The translations under genes and the position numbers were made by a program. Positions 53,578 through 63,341 of a stretch of DNA of 64,000 bases are shown here, piece after piece (position 1 is the first letter of the stretch; each line of letters starts with the position of its first letter). Source of the stretch: a virus. The notes beneath the pieces are model-generated. The model did no database searches. It was not told the origin of the DNA and saw only the letters and a list, made by a program, of their open reading frames with translations. The stretch lies in IMG/VR virus record IMGVR_UViG_3300035670_000127, positions 1 to 64,000 of that record; one strand, given 5' to 3'.

Positions 53578-54004
53578 TCAACACCCGTCTCGCTTCGCGT
53601 TCCATAATCTCTATACCCTCTATCATCAATAAGGACACACGTCCGAAGCCATAACGCTCTCGCACCTCTTCCTCTGGGGAGAGGTGATAAAGATTCACTT
53701 TGGCGTACAAAACCGACCAGTCCAATCCCAGAATGCCCCCCATGGCACCGTATAACCAATGACTGGATACACGTTGCCAAAAGAGGAAGGTTTCCCAGTT
53801 TTTAGGGAGGATATGACATTCGTCAGGGGTTGCCATTTGCCTAAATTGTTCGGCTAACTTAGCCGCGGTATCGGGGTCAACAAGGAGGTTAATATCAGAC
53901 TCAACCTCCTCTATAGGTTTATCGTCGCCCCCTTGACCGCTGGCCCAATAATTGGCAACCTCAACTAAATTATCCTCCTCAAATTGATTGCGGTACGACC
54001 CTAC
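53561..54004 (-). CDS. Tail assembly chaperone frameshift extension (gpT/DUF1799-like), reached by -1 frameshift
   Basis: The -1 frame is open from 54004 (VGSYRNQFEEDNLVEVANYWASG..) into NWETFLFWQRVSSHWLYGAMGGILGLDWSVL. Confidence 0.8.
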   Translation of the reverse strand, partial: VGSYRNQFEEDNLVEVANYWASGQGGDDKPIEEVESDINLLVDPDTAAKLAEQFRQMATPDECHILPKNWETFLFWQRVSSHWLYGAMGGILGLDWSVLYAKVNLYHLSPEEEVRERYGFGRVSLLMIEGIEIMEREARRVLNEKHK

Positions 54005-54507
54005 TTTTTTTTGTCGGGTTGGTGAATATTAATGACATTCTTTGAGTAGTATTCCACTACTTGCTGAACCGTGGTGACAAAGCTAAAGAAGGCGTCTAAC
54101 ACCTCCCCTTGCATAGCGTCGCCTTTCTTTAATTGGGCAGTCACTTTACGAGTAATGGGTTTATCATACTCGTCTTTCAGTGGGTTGCCGTCGCCGTCGG
54201 TTTCCGGAACTGACAGGTCAATAACCAGTCCGTCCTCACTCAATACCACGACCTCTGTGCAAACCTCTAATACAGCCTTTTTGTTAGACCGCAGGGTATC
54301 TACAAATTTTCGTTTAGGGGCTTTGACTACCTCGCCGCCCTCGTCAACTGTGTCCTCTGTGTCAACCATCTCGCCGATGTACTCACCCCATTTTTCGGCA
54401 TCCATCACATAAAACTTGACTCCTAACATGACAGCATTTCGTTCGCCGCGACCTAAGCTAATCTTGACGCTTTTCTGATTCGTGATATTACTAAATGTTA
54501 AAGGCAT
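54001..54507 (-). CDS. Tail assembly chaperone (gpG-like)
   Basis: Follows the tail tube gene; AGAGG RBS before ATG 54507; ends AAA AAA AAG TAG (slippery A-AAA-AAG). Confidence 0.8.
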   Translation of the reverse strand: MPLTFSNITNQKSVKISLGRGERNAVMLGVKFYVMDAEKWGEYIGEMVDTEDTVDEGGEVVKAPKRKFVDTLRSNKKAVLEVCTEVVVLSEDGLVIDLSVPETDGDGNPLKDEYDKPITRKVTAQLKKGDAMQGEVLDAFFSFVTTVQQVVEYYSKNVINIHQPDKKK

Positions 54508-54580
54508 ATTTGAACCTCTTGTAATGAAATAAATTGAGGTTAATGCCAGCGACTTTATCACTAGCATTAACCAGTCGACA

Positions 54581-56077
54581 CTAGACAAAAAGGATATAGA
54601 ACTCGTCGTCTCCTTTGTTGCCAGTGCAAGTGAAATTTAAGTTATAGACTACCAGTTCCTCACGGTCTCCTAATTCTGGCATGTCCAACTGAGCATAAGG
54701 GATAACCACTTTAAATCGGTTGCCGTGCGTACTCCCAAACAAAGCCTCAATCCTTAACTTGGTGCCGGCTTTCGCAATTGCGATAGGGTTAAAGTCAGCC
54801 AACGAGGAGGGTGCAAGCGGGTCAATTGAACCCGTGGGTTTCCGTCCCGTGATACCGACACTGGACATACCGTTAGCATCAGATAGGTCCATGTGTTTAG
54901 TGACGGTGTTGGCTAATTTCAGTTCCAACTTACTGCACGCCATCAAAGTGGGAGACAAGTCGCCAATTACGATGGTTGCACCCATAAGAGGGAACGGTAA
55001 AATACTAGGTACGGTTGCTGTTGGGGGGCTGGTATCGGTGGGGTCGGTGTAAAGACCTGTCAAGGCAAAGGAGGCGGTGGCCAATTTACCCACTTCAAAG
55101 GTAAACGTCGGGTCGGCTCGCATTCCAGTTGAAATATGCTTCATTAGGTCTCGTACATAATGCAGTGTCATTGATTCCATTTCACTGCATGAACTGGTTG
55201 GCACGTACACAATACCATCAGACGCCGTTGCCACCGTGGCAGAGCCTCCCCCCGCCCCTGTCACTGCACCGATTCCAAAGCTCCCCGTGGTAACAACCGT
55301 CAAGGTTGCGGCCCCGCCTCCGCCCGTCTTCGCATCCAATAGCGTCCCAGTCACCGCCGCGGTGCCGGTATAAGTGCCCGCCGTCCACCCTAAAGTGGCG
55401 AGTGCGTTAGGACTGCCAGCGGCTAAAATAAAGGTTTGTGTACCTCCTGCCGTGGTTGTGCGAATGCCGACGTAATTGGTGCTGGCATACGCCTCCACAC
55501 CTGTTACGTTCGCCGTGCCCAATTGGGCATTAATTTCAGTGACCACTTCAGCTACATTTGCACATGCACTGTCAAGGGTGACCTCGGTGGCCCCGGCGTT
55601 ATTCACGTTAATAGAAAAGGTTTGCGACGTGCCACTCCAATCGTGTCCACTAGACAAGTTAACCGTGCCGACGTGCGTTGCTTTCGTGGCCGCTTGGGTT
55701 ATCGTTTCAGTGGTGACCCAGCTTCCTGTACTGCCCGTGCAAGTGAGTAAGTAGGCCGCTTTTTTCACTAACCCACTGGCTTGCATTAAGTCGTCATAGA
55801 AAGGAGCTTGCACCTTGTTACTTTGGTCAACTCCACCTCCTAAAAATTCAACTGCAATCGTAGAGGTAGCCGACATCGCACCACTGAGTTTGCCAACTGG
55901 GGAGAAGTTAGGCATCATCATGGTACGCTCTTGCATATCATTTTCCATTTTAAAGTCGGCACCGCTATTCACTGGGATAGTGGTATATCCACTTAATGGG
56001 TCGACTCCGTATTGGGATTCAAGGACGGTTAACGCTCCTATTTTTTTGGACATCAGTCCACAATTTTGAAAGGCCAT
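54581..56077 (-). CDS. Major tail tube protein with an inserted Thr/Gly-rich domain
   Basis: ESQYGVDP..APFYDDLMQASGL..FEVGKLATASFALTGLY..GITGRKPTGSI..GDDEFYI; position after the tail terminator. Confidence 0.8.
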   Translation of the reverse strand: MAFQNCGLMSKKIGALTVLESQYGVDPLSGYTTIPVNSGADFKMENDMQERTMMMPNFSPVGKLSGAMSATSTIAVEFLGGGVDQSNKVQAPFYDDLMQASGLVKKAAYLLTCTGSTGSWVTTETITQAATKATHVGTVNLSSGHDWSGTSQTFSINVNNAGATEVTLDSACANVAEVVTEINAQLGTANVTGVEAYASTNYVGIRTTTAGGTQTFILAAGSPNALATLGWTAGTYTGTAAVTGTLLDAKTGGGGAATLTVVTTGSFGIGAVTGAGGGSATVATASDGIVYVPTSSCSEMESMTLHYVRDLMKHISTGMRADPTFTFEVGKLATASFALTGLYTDPTDTSPPTATVPSILPFPLMGATIVIGDLSPTLMACSKLELKLANTVTKHMDLSDANGMSSVGITGRKPTGSIDPLAPSSLADFNPIAIAKAGTKLRIEALFGSTHGNRFKVVIPYAQLDMPELGDREELVVYNLNFTCTGNKGDDEFYILFV

Positions 56078-56094
56078 GGTTTAATTCCTCAAGG

Positions 56095-56889
56095 TTAAAA
56101 AGTCACTGGCTTAGGTCGGTTTCTATAACTACAAATTTGAGAGGTACAAGAGAACTGGTCAAGCCAGTGATATGAGTCCAGTTCTAAACCGTAAGCCGTC
56201 CCGCCGCGGTAGGTTAAGGGCATGGTAGGACGGTCAAATTCAGTGGTAGGGAGTTGCCAGCCCAGCAGGGAGTCCACTATCTTAGTATGCAATGCCCAAA
56301 TAATATCCATTGAGTTCACGCCATACTCATCTGTCACATTGTCTGCCACTAACAGGATTCCAAAATAGTCCTCCACCTGCTGTCGCACTTCATACCCTAA
56401 CGTCTGATTAGCAGTGGACTGAGTGCGTAATCGCATCACAAAAACCGCTGGTGTGGAGGCCACTTGGTCTTCGGTTAGAAGCCCTCTAAAGTCAGTCGTG
56501 CCCTCTACTTGAGTCACCTCGTTTTTGAAGTCATCAATGGCGATTTGACCATAGAGGTCTTCCCTTAGTTTCAACACAATATTACGCCTGGCGGTGGAGG
56601 CTAAGGTCTGATTAAAAGTCGGCTGTAACTCTAACGTGCCTGCTAACTCTAAGGAGGGGTTGGTTAATAAGTTTATGTCACTTATTAACGTCACCTCCCC
56701 TGCTAGGGTTTGGGTACTCAATTCATAGTTTTGTGTCTCACCCGTACTAGATTGCCTCCCACTTGCACGGCGACTGACTATGGGAGTGTCGGTGGCAGAC
56801 GCGGCACTGGCCGACCTGCTATTGAGGTCGGCTTGTGCAATTGCACCCGCTGTCACAGTCGCGCTGGAGGTGGAGGTGAAATTAATCAT
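56095..56889 (-). CDS. Mu gp37-like tail terminator/completion protein
   Basis: TPAVFVM..FGILLV..LLGWQLP..WLDQF; synteny. Confidence 0.7.
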   Translation of the reverse strand: MINFTSTSSATVTAGAIAQADLNSRSASAASATDTPIVSRRASGRQSSTGETQNYELSTQTLAGEVTLISDINLLTNPSLELAGTLELQPTFNQTLASTARRNIVLKLREDLYGQIAIDDFKNEVTQVEGTTDFRGLLTEDQVASTPAVFVMRLRTQSTANQTLGYEVRQQVEDYFGILLVADNVTDEYGVNSMDIIWALHTKIVDSLLGWQLPTTEFDRPTMPLTYRGGTAYGLELDSYHWLDQFSCTSQICSYRNRPKPVTF

Positions 56890-57266
56890 ATCGTGTCGAT
56901 GTTAATCACTATATCCCCACTGTCAAAAAACAGCGGTTTACCGGGCGTAAGTACCGCGGGGTTGGTCAGAGGAGCGGCCCATAGAATCTTATCGGCATCG
57001 GCGTCCAGGATACCGATATAGGTGATGGTGACCTCGGTAGGGGGGCCTGCGAAAAAGACTGGACTATTCACACCCGTACCATCAAACGTAATCACCTTGC
57101 GTTCATAACCCACGTAAGACGCTTCCTGACTTGCATTGTTTTCTCTAATTCCGTCGCTTCCTGTATAGGCCGCTATGTGTAAAGTGGTAGGGAGTGCAAA
57201 CGCATCTGCCCCTTGAACCAATTTCTTTAATTTATTTGCAGTGTAAGCCGTGAATATGCCTGCCAT
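56886..57266 (-). CDS. Small virion/tail protein (paralogue of 57276-57659)
   Basis: LHIAAYT..EASYVGYERKVITF..ITYIGILDA pattern. Confidence 0.65.
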   Translation of the reverse strand: MAGIFTAYTANKLKKLVQGADAFALPTTLHIAAYTGSDGIRENNASQEASYVGYERKVITFDGTGVNSPVFFAGPPTEVTITYIGILDADADKILWAAPLTNPAVLTPGKPLFFDSGDIVINIDTI

Positions 57267-57275
57267 AATGAAGCC

Positions 57276-57659
57276 CTATATATCTGTCAACTCCAGTGTG
57301 ATTTTACCAGTCTCATACCAAAGCGGTTGACCTATTAAAGGAGTGACTGGCAGTTCAAAAGGAATAGCTATTAAGATTCTATCCACCTCCTCCATCGTGC
57401 CTACTAAGGCTTGGTGCGTGATACTCACTTCGGTGGCAAAACCGTCAAAATGAAACGGCTTGCTTATCATACTTTCGTCAAATAGCACCGGCTGTTTCTG
57501 ATAGTTGACGTCGGCCACCTCGCCCGTCGGGGTATCTGTCTCAATGCCGTTGCCACTGGTATAAAGCGCGAGTCTCAAATTGGTGACAGGTGGGAGTGTT
57601 TCAATTCCAAGGAGGTGTTTAACTAACCTCTCTTTCATATAATCTGTGATAATTGCCAT
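57276..57659 (-). CDS. Small virion/tail protein (paralogue of 56886-57266)
   Basis: TDYMKERLVKHLLG..LALYT..EVADVNYQKQPVLF..ITHQAL. Confidence 0.65.
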   Translation of the reverse strand: MAIITDYMKERLVKHLLGIETLPPVTNLRLALYTSGNGIETDTPTGEVADVNYQKQPVLFDESMISKPFHFDGFATEVSITHQALVGTMEEVDRILIAIPFELPVTPLIGQPLWYETGKITLELTDI

Positions 57660-57665
57660 ATTTTC

Positions 57666-58106
57666 TTATCCTCTCAAACGTAGGAATTTTTCAATGATAC
57701 GTTGCGCTTCGTCTATGTCATCTTGATTAATGCCTAAATAGGGTCGCGCAGGTAAATTCAGTCTATGTCCTTTTCCGGTTCGCCCACCGTATTGGTGAAT
57801 ACGTGCATACACTGGAAAATTGCCGACTCCTATTTCAACCTCATCTTTACTCGCTTTATAGTTAATAGCTTGTCTTAGCATTCCTTTATCCACTAGCGTT
57901 TTACCGCCGTCGCGGATGGCGCGTTTTGACTTTAGCCACGGTTTGCCATCGGGGTCGACTCCTTTGTCAAAACGCATGGCAATCTCTGTCATCATATACT
58001 CCCCTATTTCTTTAAAGGGGTAGCTAAGGTCGCGGATGCGTGAATTTAATTCCCGTATTCCTTTCTCACTTCTATTTGTATCCACTTCTATCTGTAGCGG
58101 GACCAT
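57666..58106 (-). CDS. Virion morphogenesis protein (Mu gpG / P2 gpS family)
   Basis: RFDKGVDPDGKPW..LVDKGML..YARIHQYGG..LPARPYLGI. Confidence 0.9.
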   Translation of the reverse strand: MVPLQIEVDTNRSEKGIRELNSRIRDLSYPFKEIGEYMMTEIAMRFDKGVDPDGKPWLKSKRAIRDGGKTLVDKGMLRQAINYKASKDEVEIGVGNFPVYARIHQYGGRTGKGHRLNLPARPYLGINQDDIDEAQRIIEKFLRLRG

Positions 58107-58621
58107 GCGATTTTACTTACACTCTGTTTAACTGAAAAAGGAGGAGAAAGGGAAGGGTAGGTTAGGGTGATGTTAGCTTCCTCTTCTCCTAAACTGAGTC
58201 CTCCGCGGTTGCCAGTGGTGATACCGTCTAACCAGCTAATTGAAGTATCGTAGGCCGACTTAATCGTGGCACTGGGTTTATGCGCGGCTAGGAGGTAGCG
58301 TGCGATAAAATTGGTATGCCGTCTTAATAACTCAAGGTTTGCTGAGAGGAGGTCGTCACTCAAAGGGACTTGATAGCGGCGTATGAGGTAGGCGTTCACC
58401 ACACTCTCAGCCGCTGTAATATTCTCCTCTAACCGCGTCAATGCACCCTGCCCTAATTCCAATTGTTCATTGGAAAAAGAAGAGGTGTCGCCACCTGTAA
58501 TGATTGCCCTTAGCACGGCGGCTGGGACTACCTTAATCACCACCGTGTCGATTGGGGAGGCGTACTTAGTAAGCCGTTGGACTCCAAATTGTTGCATCAT
58601 TGCAAGCGGCGACGTGTACAT
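58088..58621 (-). CDS. Mu gp36 (DUF1320) head-tail connector
   Basis: MY.S...M...FG..AESVVNAYLIRRYQVPL..IARYLL..YDTSISWL. Confidence 0.85.
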   Translation of the reverse strand: MYTSPLAMMQQFGVQRLTKYASPIDTVVIKVVPAAVLRAIITGGDTSSFSNEQLELGQGALTRLEENITAAESVVNAYLIRRYQVPLSDDLLSANLELLRRHTNFIARYLLAAHKPSATIKSAYDTSISWLDGITTGNRGGLSLGEEEANITLTYPSLSPPFSVKQSVSKIAWSRYR

Positions 58622-58633
58622 GGGGTATGCCTC

Positions 58634-59752
58634 TTAAACCGCCTTGATACTAGCGAAGCATTCGGGCCGCACCATGATGGGCAGAGGTGCCGACTGAATC
58701 ATTAGCATTTGTGCAGACGGTTCCTCAGTGAACCACGTTTTTGGAAACCGTGACATAGCGTATAGGTTATTACGTGGTAAAGTGGGGAGGGTGTTAGGCA
58801 TACGGGAAGCATTGGTGGTGGCCGTCGGGCTTTGAAAATCTTGAATAGCACCGTAAGCAAAAATATTACGGGCGCCGCTAAAACCGATGAAGATTTTATC
58901 CGCCGGCATCATGTCACAAGTGTTGCCATTATCATCTTCATAATACTGGTTGTAAGCATACAAATTGAGACCACCCATGCCTTTAAGGGTACCTAAAAAC
59001 TCAGCCCCATTGGCTTGAATGACAGTAGGGTTAATCACGCCTAAGTCCACTCGCAGTGTGTTTAGAAGGGAGGTGGCATTAGCAGAGATTTTCGGGTGCG
59101 ACAAAAAGGCATCGCGGACATTTCGACCCATGATAACGAAGTCAGCCGGGCCCATTTTACCGTCTTGCTGAATAAGGCGTTGCCATGCGGTAAAGAGTGC
59201 AATCGGGTCGCTGTTAGAACTGCTAAATAGGTCGTTGCCGGTGAGGATGATTTTGTGGGTCGACGGCATCTCGTAGTCTATTATCTCGTTAACACCGTCT
59301 CCTCCAATGGTGATAGACCCCGTATCAAGTAACTGGCTAATCATCCATTCCTCACGGCGAGAGATACGGTCACTCAGGTCTTGCAGTTCCCAACCCAGTA
59401 ATTCCATTGCCCGTTGCTGTTGATTAAACGCCCCGCCCGTGGTAAATGGCAGTTCACCTGGTAGACGGTTAAGAGCATCAATCGCTTGCAGACTCTTTTT
59501 CGCCTTGACTAAAGGAGGCCGATAAATTTTGGTGCTAATGGGTAATTTTTCCACATTAGGGGCGACGGTGTTACTGGCAACAAATGGTGCGAGGCGCCGG
59601 CTACCGATAAGCTCATCAATAGCCACCGATAGGGTTTGCGATTGTTGCGTCTCCTTAAACAAAAAGTCGCGCAAAAAAGTAGAGAGCGGTGGGATAGTTT
59701 TAACCGCGCTCAGTAGCGTAATGGGGTTAAGTAATAATTCAGTGACAGTCAT
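58634..59752 (-). CDS. Major capsid protein (lambda gpE family)
   Basis: FLRDFLF..RRLAPFV..RISRREEWMISQLLDTG..SDPI..FPKTW..PSAQMLMIQSAPLP. Confidence 0.9.
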   Translation of the reverse strand: MTVTELLLNPITLLSAVKTIPPLSTFLRDFLFKETQQSQTLSVAIDELIGSRRLAPFVASNTVAPNVEKLPISTKIYRPPLVKAKKSLQAIDALNRLPGELPFTTGGAFNQQQRAMELLGWELQDLSDRISRREEWMISQLLDTGSITIGGDGVNEIIDYEMPSTHKIILTGNDLFSSSNSDPIALFTAWQRLIQQDGKMGPADFVIMGRNVRDAFLSHPKISANATSLLNTLRVDLGVINPTVIQANGAEFLGTLKGMGGLNLYAYNQYYEDDNGNTCDMMPADKIFIGFSGARNIFAYGAIQDFQSPTATTNASRMPNTLPTLPRNNLYAMSRFPKTWFTEEPSAQMLMIQSAPLPIMVRPECFASIKAV

Positions 59753-59775
59753 AATTTAGTTCCTCTCTCGTCTCG

Positions 59776-60420
59776 TTAAGTCGTCTGAAAGGCTACGGCG
59801 TGAATGCCTAAAGCCCGTAATGGCCATTTCACAGTACCGAAGGTATGACCCGTTCCGTAGCTAAGGTCGCGGGCGTTAACCCTCCCTGCTAATAAGACAG
59901 GGGCAGTTTGTTCGGCGGAGGTTGCGTCGGTATCTTGCAGTAGGATAGCCACTGGCGTAGCTGACCCGTCCACCGCGGCACTGGCTGACAATTTGTAGTT
60001 AGAGGCTAGGACTGGTACGGTGATAACGTCATCAGTTGCAAACGCCGTCCCGCCCGCCGTGATGGTAAATATCAAGTGGGTCGTGGTCTGCTGGGAGCCG
60101 GTGGCAATCGTAGTACTAATCACGTTGCCTAGTGGGTCGGTTAATGTGAATTTAGCAGTGCTTCCCGACGTAGGTGCCGTGTTGCAAATAAGACCGTACA
60201 CACCCCCAATCACTTGTGCGCCGAGACTAATCGACCCTATCGTGCCGTTGCCGGTATTGTCAGCACCGTAAGCAGGAGTGCCAGCGGCGGTGGCGATTCG
60301 ACCTAGCACTGCACCAGCGGTTAGGTTGCCCGTGGTGATAATGCCCGACTCAGTATGAATAGGGTAGTTGCCGTCTAGGAGATTGGAAGGTGCTAATTCA
60401 ACTTTCGTGTATAGGTTCAT
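59776..60420 (-). CDS. Head decoration protein (gpD-like) with an inserted domain
   Basis: GAVLGRI..DGSATPVAILLQDTDAT..LRALGI; between the protease and capsid genes. Confidence 0.8.
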   Translation of the reverse strand: MNLYTKVELAPSNLLDGNYPIHTESGIITTGNLTAGAVLGRIATAAGTPAYGADNTGNGTIGSISLGAQVIGGVYGLICNTAPTSGSTAKFTLTDPLGNVISTTIATGSQQTTTHLIFTITAGGTAFATDDVITVPVLASNYKLSASAAVDGSATPVAILLQDTDATSAEQTAPVLLAGRVNARDLSYGTGHTFGTVKWPLRALGIHAVAFQTT

Positions 60421-61634
60421 GGGTGCATTCCTCTATAGGTAGGGGTAAATGCCGTCGGCGGTTGTCGGTAGCCGGCTGTGATATGTTGCACAACCTCGTT
60501 AAATTGTTGTGCGGGGTCGGCGACAGGCATGGCGGTGTAATCGTGCCGACTGTTTTGATATTGAGTAGGGAGCTTCTCTAAAAGAGACTTAAAGAAATCG
60601 ACGGGTCTCGCTTCGATCATTTGCCCACTCTCGTTTTGATACGTCACTTTCTTAGCGGCCAATTTGGGATTAACCGAAGCGGCGTAGGCAAAAATAGGAT
60701 TGGGGCTGTCAATTCGTTCTAAGAAGCAAATGAAGTCGGCAATCCCGTCGAGTAGGGCGGGGGTGACTTTACCGGCGGCTTGCAATTGACTCACGAATAA
60801 CTGGGCACTGGCAAGCATTGCTTCGGCGGCGGAGGCGACCCCTTGATTTAACAAGAGTTGCCTTTCGTGCTCACTCATTATCACCATGCCGGGCGGCGGG
60901 GTAGCTGGCGCCGGCGGTTTCATGGGTTTGGGCGGGGGAGGTGGACTGGCGTCGGCAACCACTGGGGGTTGGTCGATTGCCAATTCGTAATTGAGAGGTT
61001 CTTTTTCGTTGGCGGCTTGTGGGTCGCCCGTCTTTTTTGGTGGAGTGGCGGCTTCAGAAACAGTTTTGTCAGGCTGTTTAGTTTCCGTTTCCATTGCCAC
61101 TTCTTTACCGTCAGGTTGTTTGATAGGCATGGCCATAGTTAATTCTCCTGTCATTAAGGATAAGGGTTGAGTCGGTGAGGCTTCGGGGGACGGTACGGGG
61201 AACTCGTGGGAGCTTATATACCGTTTAAATTGAATCGCGGGTTGCAATTCTATTGCGGGGGGGACGGCACCTAGAAAAGCTAGGTGACCTAATTCAAAAC
61301 CGCGGTCTGTCTGGTCTATCCTGACAGAGCGATTGGGATATTGTTTGTTTTTAAAACTGATTGCAAATGTTTCTAATACATTTGCTAATTTTGCGTAGAG
61401 TCTGTCACCTTCTTTTTTGAGGTGAGAGACCCATCCATAGGCGGGAGAAGCGTCCGAAGTTTGATGGCCTAAGACGATTGGAACGGAGAAGGTATTAGGT
61501 TGAAAGTTGGCCACTATGTCGTCAAGGTTGCCCTCTGTCCAAGTGGTCTCGTTGCCCTGGCTATCAATATGTTTGCCAGCCCTAAAAACCTCCATCCATT
61601 CAAACAGCTCAGGCACCGTGTCTTGAATATTCAT
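60417..61634 (-). CDS. Mu-like head maturation protease/scaffold
   Basis: EVFRAGKH..PIVLGH..PAYGWV..YPNRSV..HLAFLGAVPPA; Pro-rich linker and scaffold-like C-terminus. Confidence 0.88.
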   Translation of the reverse strand: MNIQDTVPELFEWMEVFRAGKHIDSQGNETTWTEGNLDDIVANFQPNTFSVPIVLGHQTSDASPAYGWVSHLKKEGDRLYAKLANVLETFAISFKNKQYPNRSVRIDQTDRGFELGHLAFLGAVPPAIELQPAIQFKRYISSHEFPVPSPEASPTQPLSLMTGELTMAMPIKQPDGKEVAMETETKQPDKTVSEAATPPKKTGDPQAANEKEPLNYELAIDQPPVVADASPPPPPKPMKPPAPATPPPGMVIMSEHERQLLLNQGVASAAEAMLASAQLFVSQLQAAGKVTPALLDGIADFICFLERIDSPNPIFAYAASVNPKLAAKKVTYQNESGQMIEARPVDFFKSLLEKLPTQYQNSRHDYTAMPVADPAQQFNEVVQHITAGYRQPPTAFTPTYRGMHP

Positions 61635-61721
61635 TCGGTGTGCCTTTTAGCTTGCTTTAATACTATATTATATAGTGTGATAGGTTTTTTTCACTTTGTC
61701 AATAGGTAGTGAAAAAATATT

Positions 61722-62747
61722 TTACAAGAGGCGATATTGTTTTGGTGACGGGGTTTCGTTTGAGGTCACGTCGGTCTCACTGGCATCGTCAACGGTGCCC
61801 GTTGCTATCCTTTGACGGGCAATTTCAAAGTAACCTGGGTCTAATTCTATCCCAATGAAGTCGCGACCTAAATTTTGACAGGCCAAGCCCGTGGTGCCAC
61901 TGCCCATGAAGGGGTCTATGATGACCTCGCCCGGCTTTGTAGTCAAGTCGGCTAACCATTCCATTAATTTGATAGGTTTAACCGTCGGGTGTTTGATATT
62001 GTACTCGCCTTTGCCTTCGCCGGAGGGGTCGTAGCCGACTAGATTGTGTGGCAGAAATGAAACAAGGTTTTGAGGTGGCTTACCCATTACAACTGCACCC
62101 AAAACAATAGTATTTGCTGGCACTCTTTTCATTCGTCGTTGTTTGTTGAAACTTGCATTTTGTTCATTGTTGCGTGAAAAATCCTCAATTAAAAATTGTT
62201 TAATAGATGTATTATTTTGCTTTGCTTCTAAATAACGAAGTGCCTCCTCATATTTCATTTTGTCACGATAGGGAGTTATCACTTTATTAAAAGCCCCTTT
62301 AATACCGCTAAGGTTCGTAATATCCGCCATGCTTTCAATAAAATCAAGATAGGGTATCCTAGTCTCGTTAAATCGCTTGTTATCCCCCTTGCACACTATC
62401 ATTATATTCTCATACACTCTCCCCATGTCCCCCATTGGGGATGACCGGAACCGCTTATACCATATCACCTCATTCTTATACCTAAAGAGCTTAAACGCTT
62501 CGGTATTCCAGAGGGTGAGGGTGGGCTGACGCCCAAAGTAAATAAGGAAGCAATTCGGCTTCAGAATACGGTAGCACTCTTGAAGGAAGCGGGGTATGTC
62601 AATGCCTGTCTCGATTTTATGTTTCAAAATACCGTAGGGCGGGTCCGTCACCACCGCGTCCACTGACTCATCGGGCAGTGACTTCAAAACTTCAAAGCAA
62701 TCCCCACGGTAAAGTGTAGATTGCTTAACTTGATATTTGTCTGTCAT
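61722..62747 (-). CDS. N4-cytosine/N6-adenine DNA methyltransferase (beta class)
   Basis: VTDPPY precedes HPTVKP and DPFMGSGTTG. Confidence 0.92.
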   Translation of the reverse strand: MTDKYQVKQSTLYRGDCFEVLKSLPDESVDAVVTDPPYGILKHKIETGIDIPRFLQECYRILKPNCFLIYFGRQPTLTLWNTEAFKLFRYKNEVIWYKRFRSSPMGDMGRVYENIMIVCKGDNKRFNETRIPYLDFIESMADITNLSGIKGAFNKVITPYRDKMKYEEALRYLEAKQNNTSIKQFLIEDFSRNNEQNASFNKQRRMKRVPANTIVLGAVVMGKPPQNLVSFLPHNLVGYDPSGEGKGEYNIKHPTVKPIKLMEWLADLTTKPGEVIIDPFMGSGTTGLACQNLGRDFIGIELDPGYFEIARQRIATGTVDDASETDVTSNETPSPKQYRLL

Positions 62748-63277
62748 TCAGACTCCTCTTTCAAATTCTTTTCTAACAGCCGGCCTAGTAACCATAGCAG
62801 GTCGGCCAACCTATTCAAGTACACAGGCACGTATGGATTAACATACTCTCCTGTTTCTTTTAATGCAACCACATTGCACTCTGCACGGCGGCAAATGGTA
62901 CGGGCGACTTCTAAAACAGCAACGTCTAGTCTATCGCCAGGCACTGACCATTCATAGCGTACCCCTTGAGATTCAATAGCGGCGACGTGTTTATCAAGGG
63001 ACTGGACTATCTCTAGCCCGACCTTTTCTTGAATACTTGTGCCTTCAATAGGGGTTGCCAGTGAGGCGCCTAAGTTGAATAAATCATATTGCACCATCTT
63101 AATGATACATGCAACTTTTTTATCACTGCAAAGCGCACGGGCGACTCCCAGCTGGGCGACTAATTCGTCAAGGCTACCCATTGCAATAATCCGTGGGGAG
63201 GCTTTAGAAACCCGTCCCTCTGCTATCAATCCAGTCAGGCCGTCGTCGCCTTTTCTAGTCACAATCGATTTTGGCAT
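62744..63277 (-). CDS. pduO: PduO-type ATP:cob(I)alamin adenosyltransferase
   Basis: TRKGDDGLT, GSLDEL, QYDLFNLGASLA, ARTICRRAE and YLNRLADLLW motifs. Confidence 0.9.
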   Translation of the reverse strand: MPKSIVTRKGDDGLTGLIAEGRVSKASPRIIAMGSLDELVAQLGVARALCSDKKVACIIKMVQYDLFNLGASLATPIEGTSIQEKVGLEIVQSLDKHVAAIESQGVRYEWSVPGDRLDVAVLEVARTICRRAECNVVALKETGEYVNPYVPVYLNRLADLLWLLGRLLEKNLKEESE

Positions 63278-63341
63278 AATTGATTCCTTATGGCAATACC
63301 TATTCTCTTAGGGTTTGGAAAATAGGTATTGTCTCTCACTG

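Noticed and set aside
48850-61634. Transposable Mu-like prophage or contractile-tail system
   Set aside because: No MuA/MuB and no sheath or baseplate wedge genes in the window; the tube, chaperone and TMP point to a non-contractile tail.
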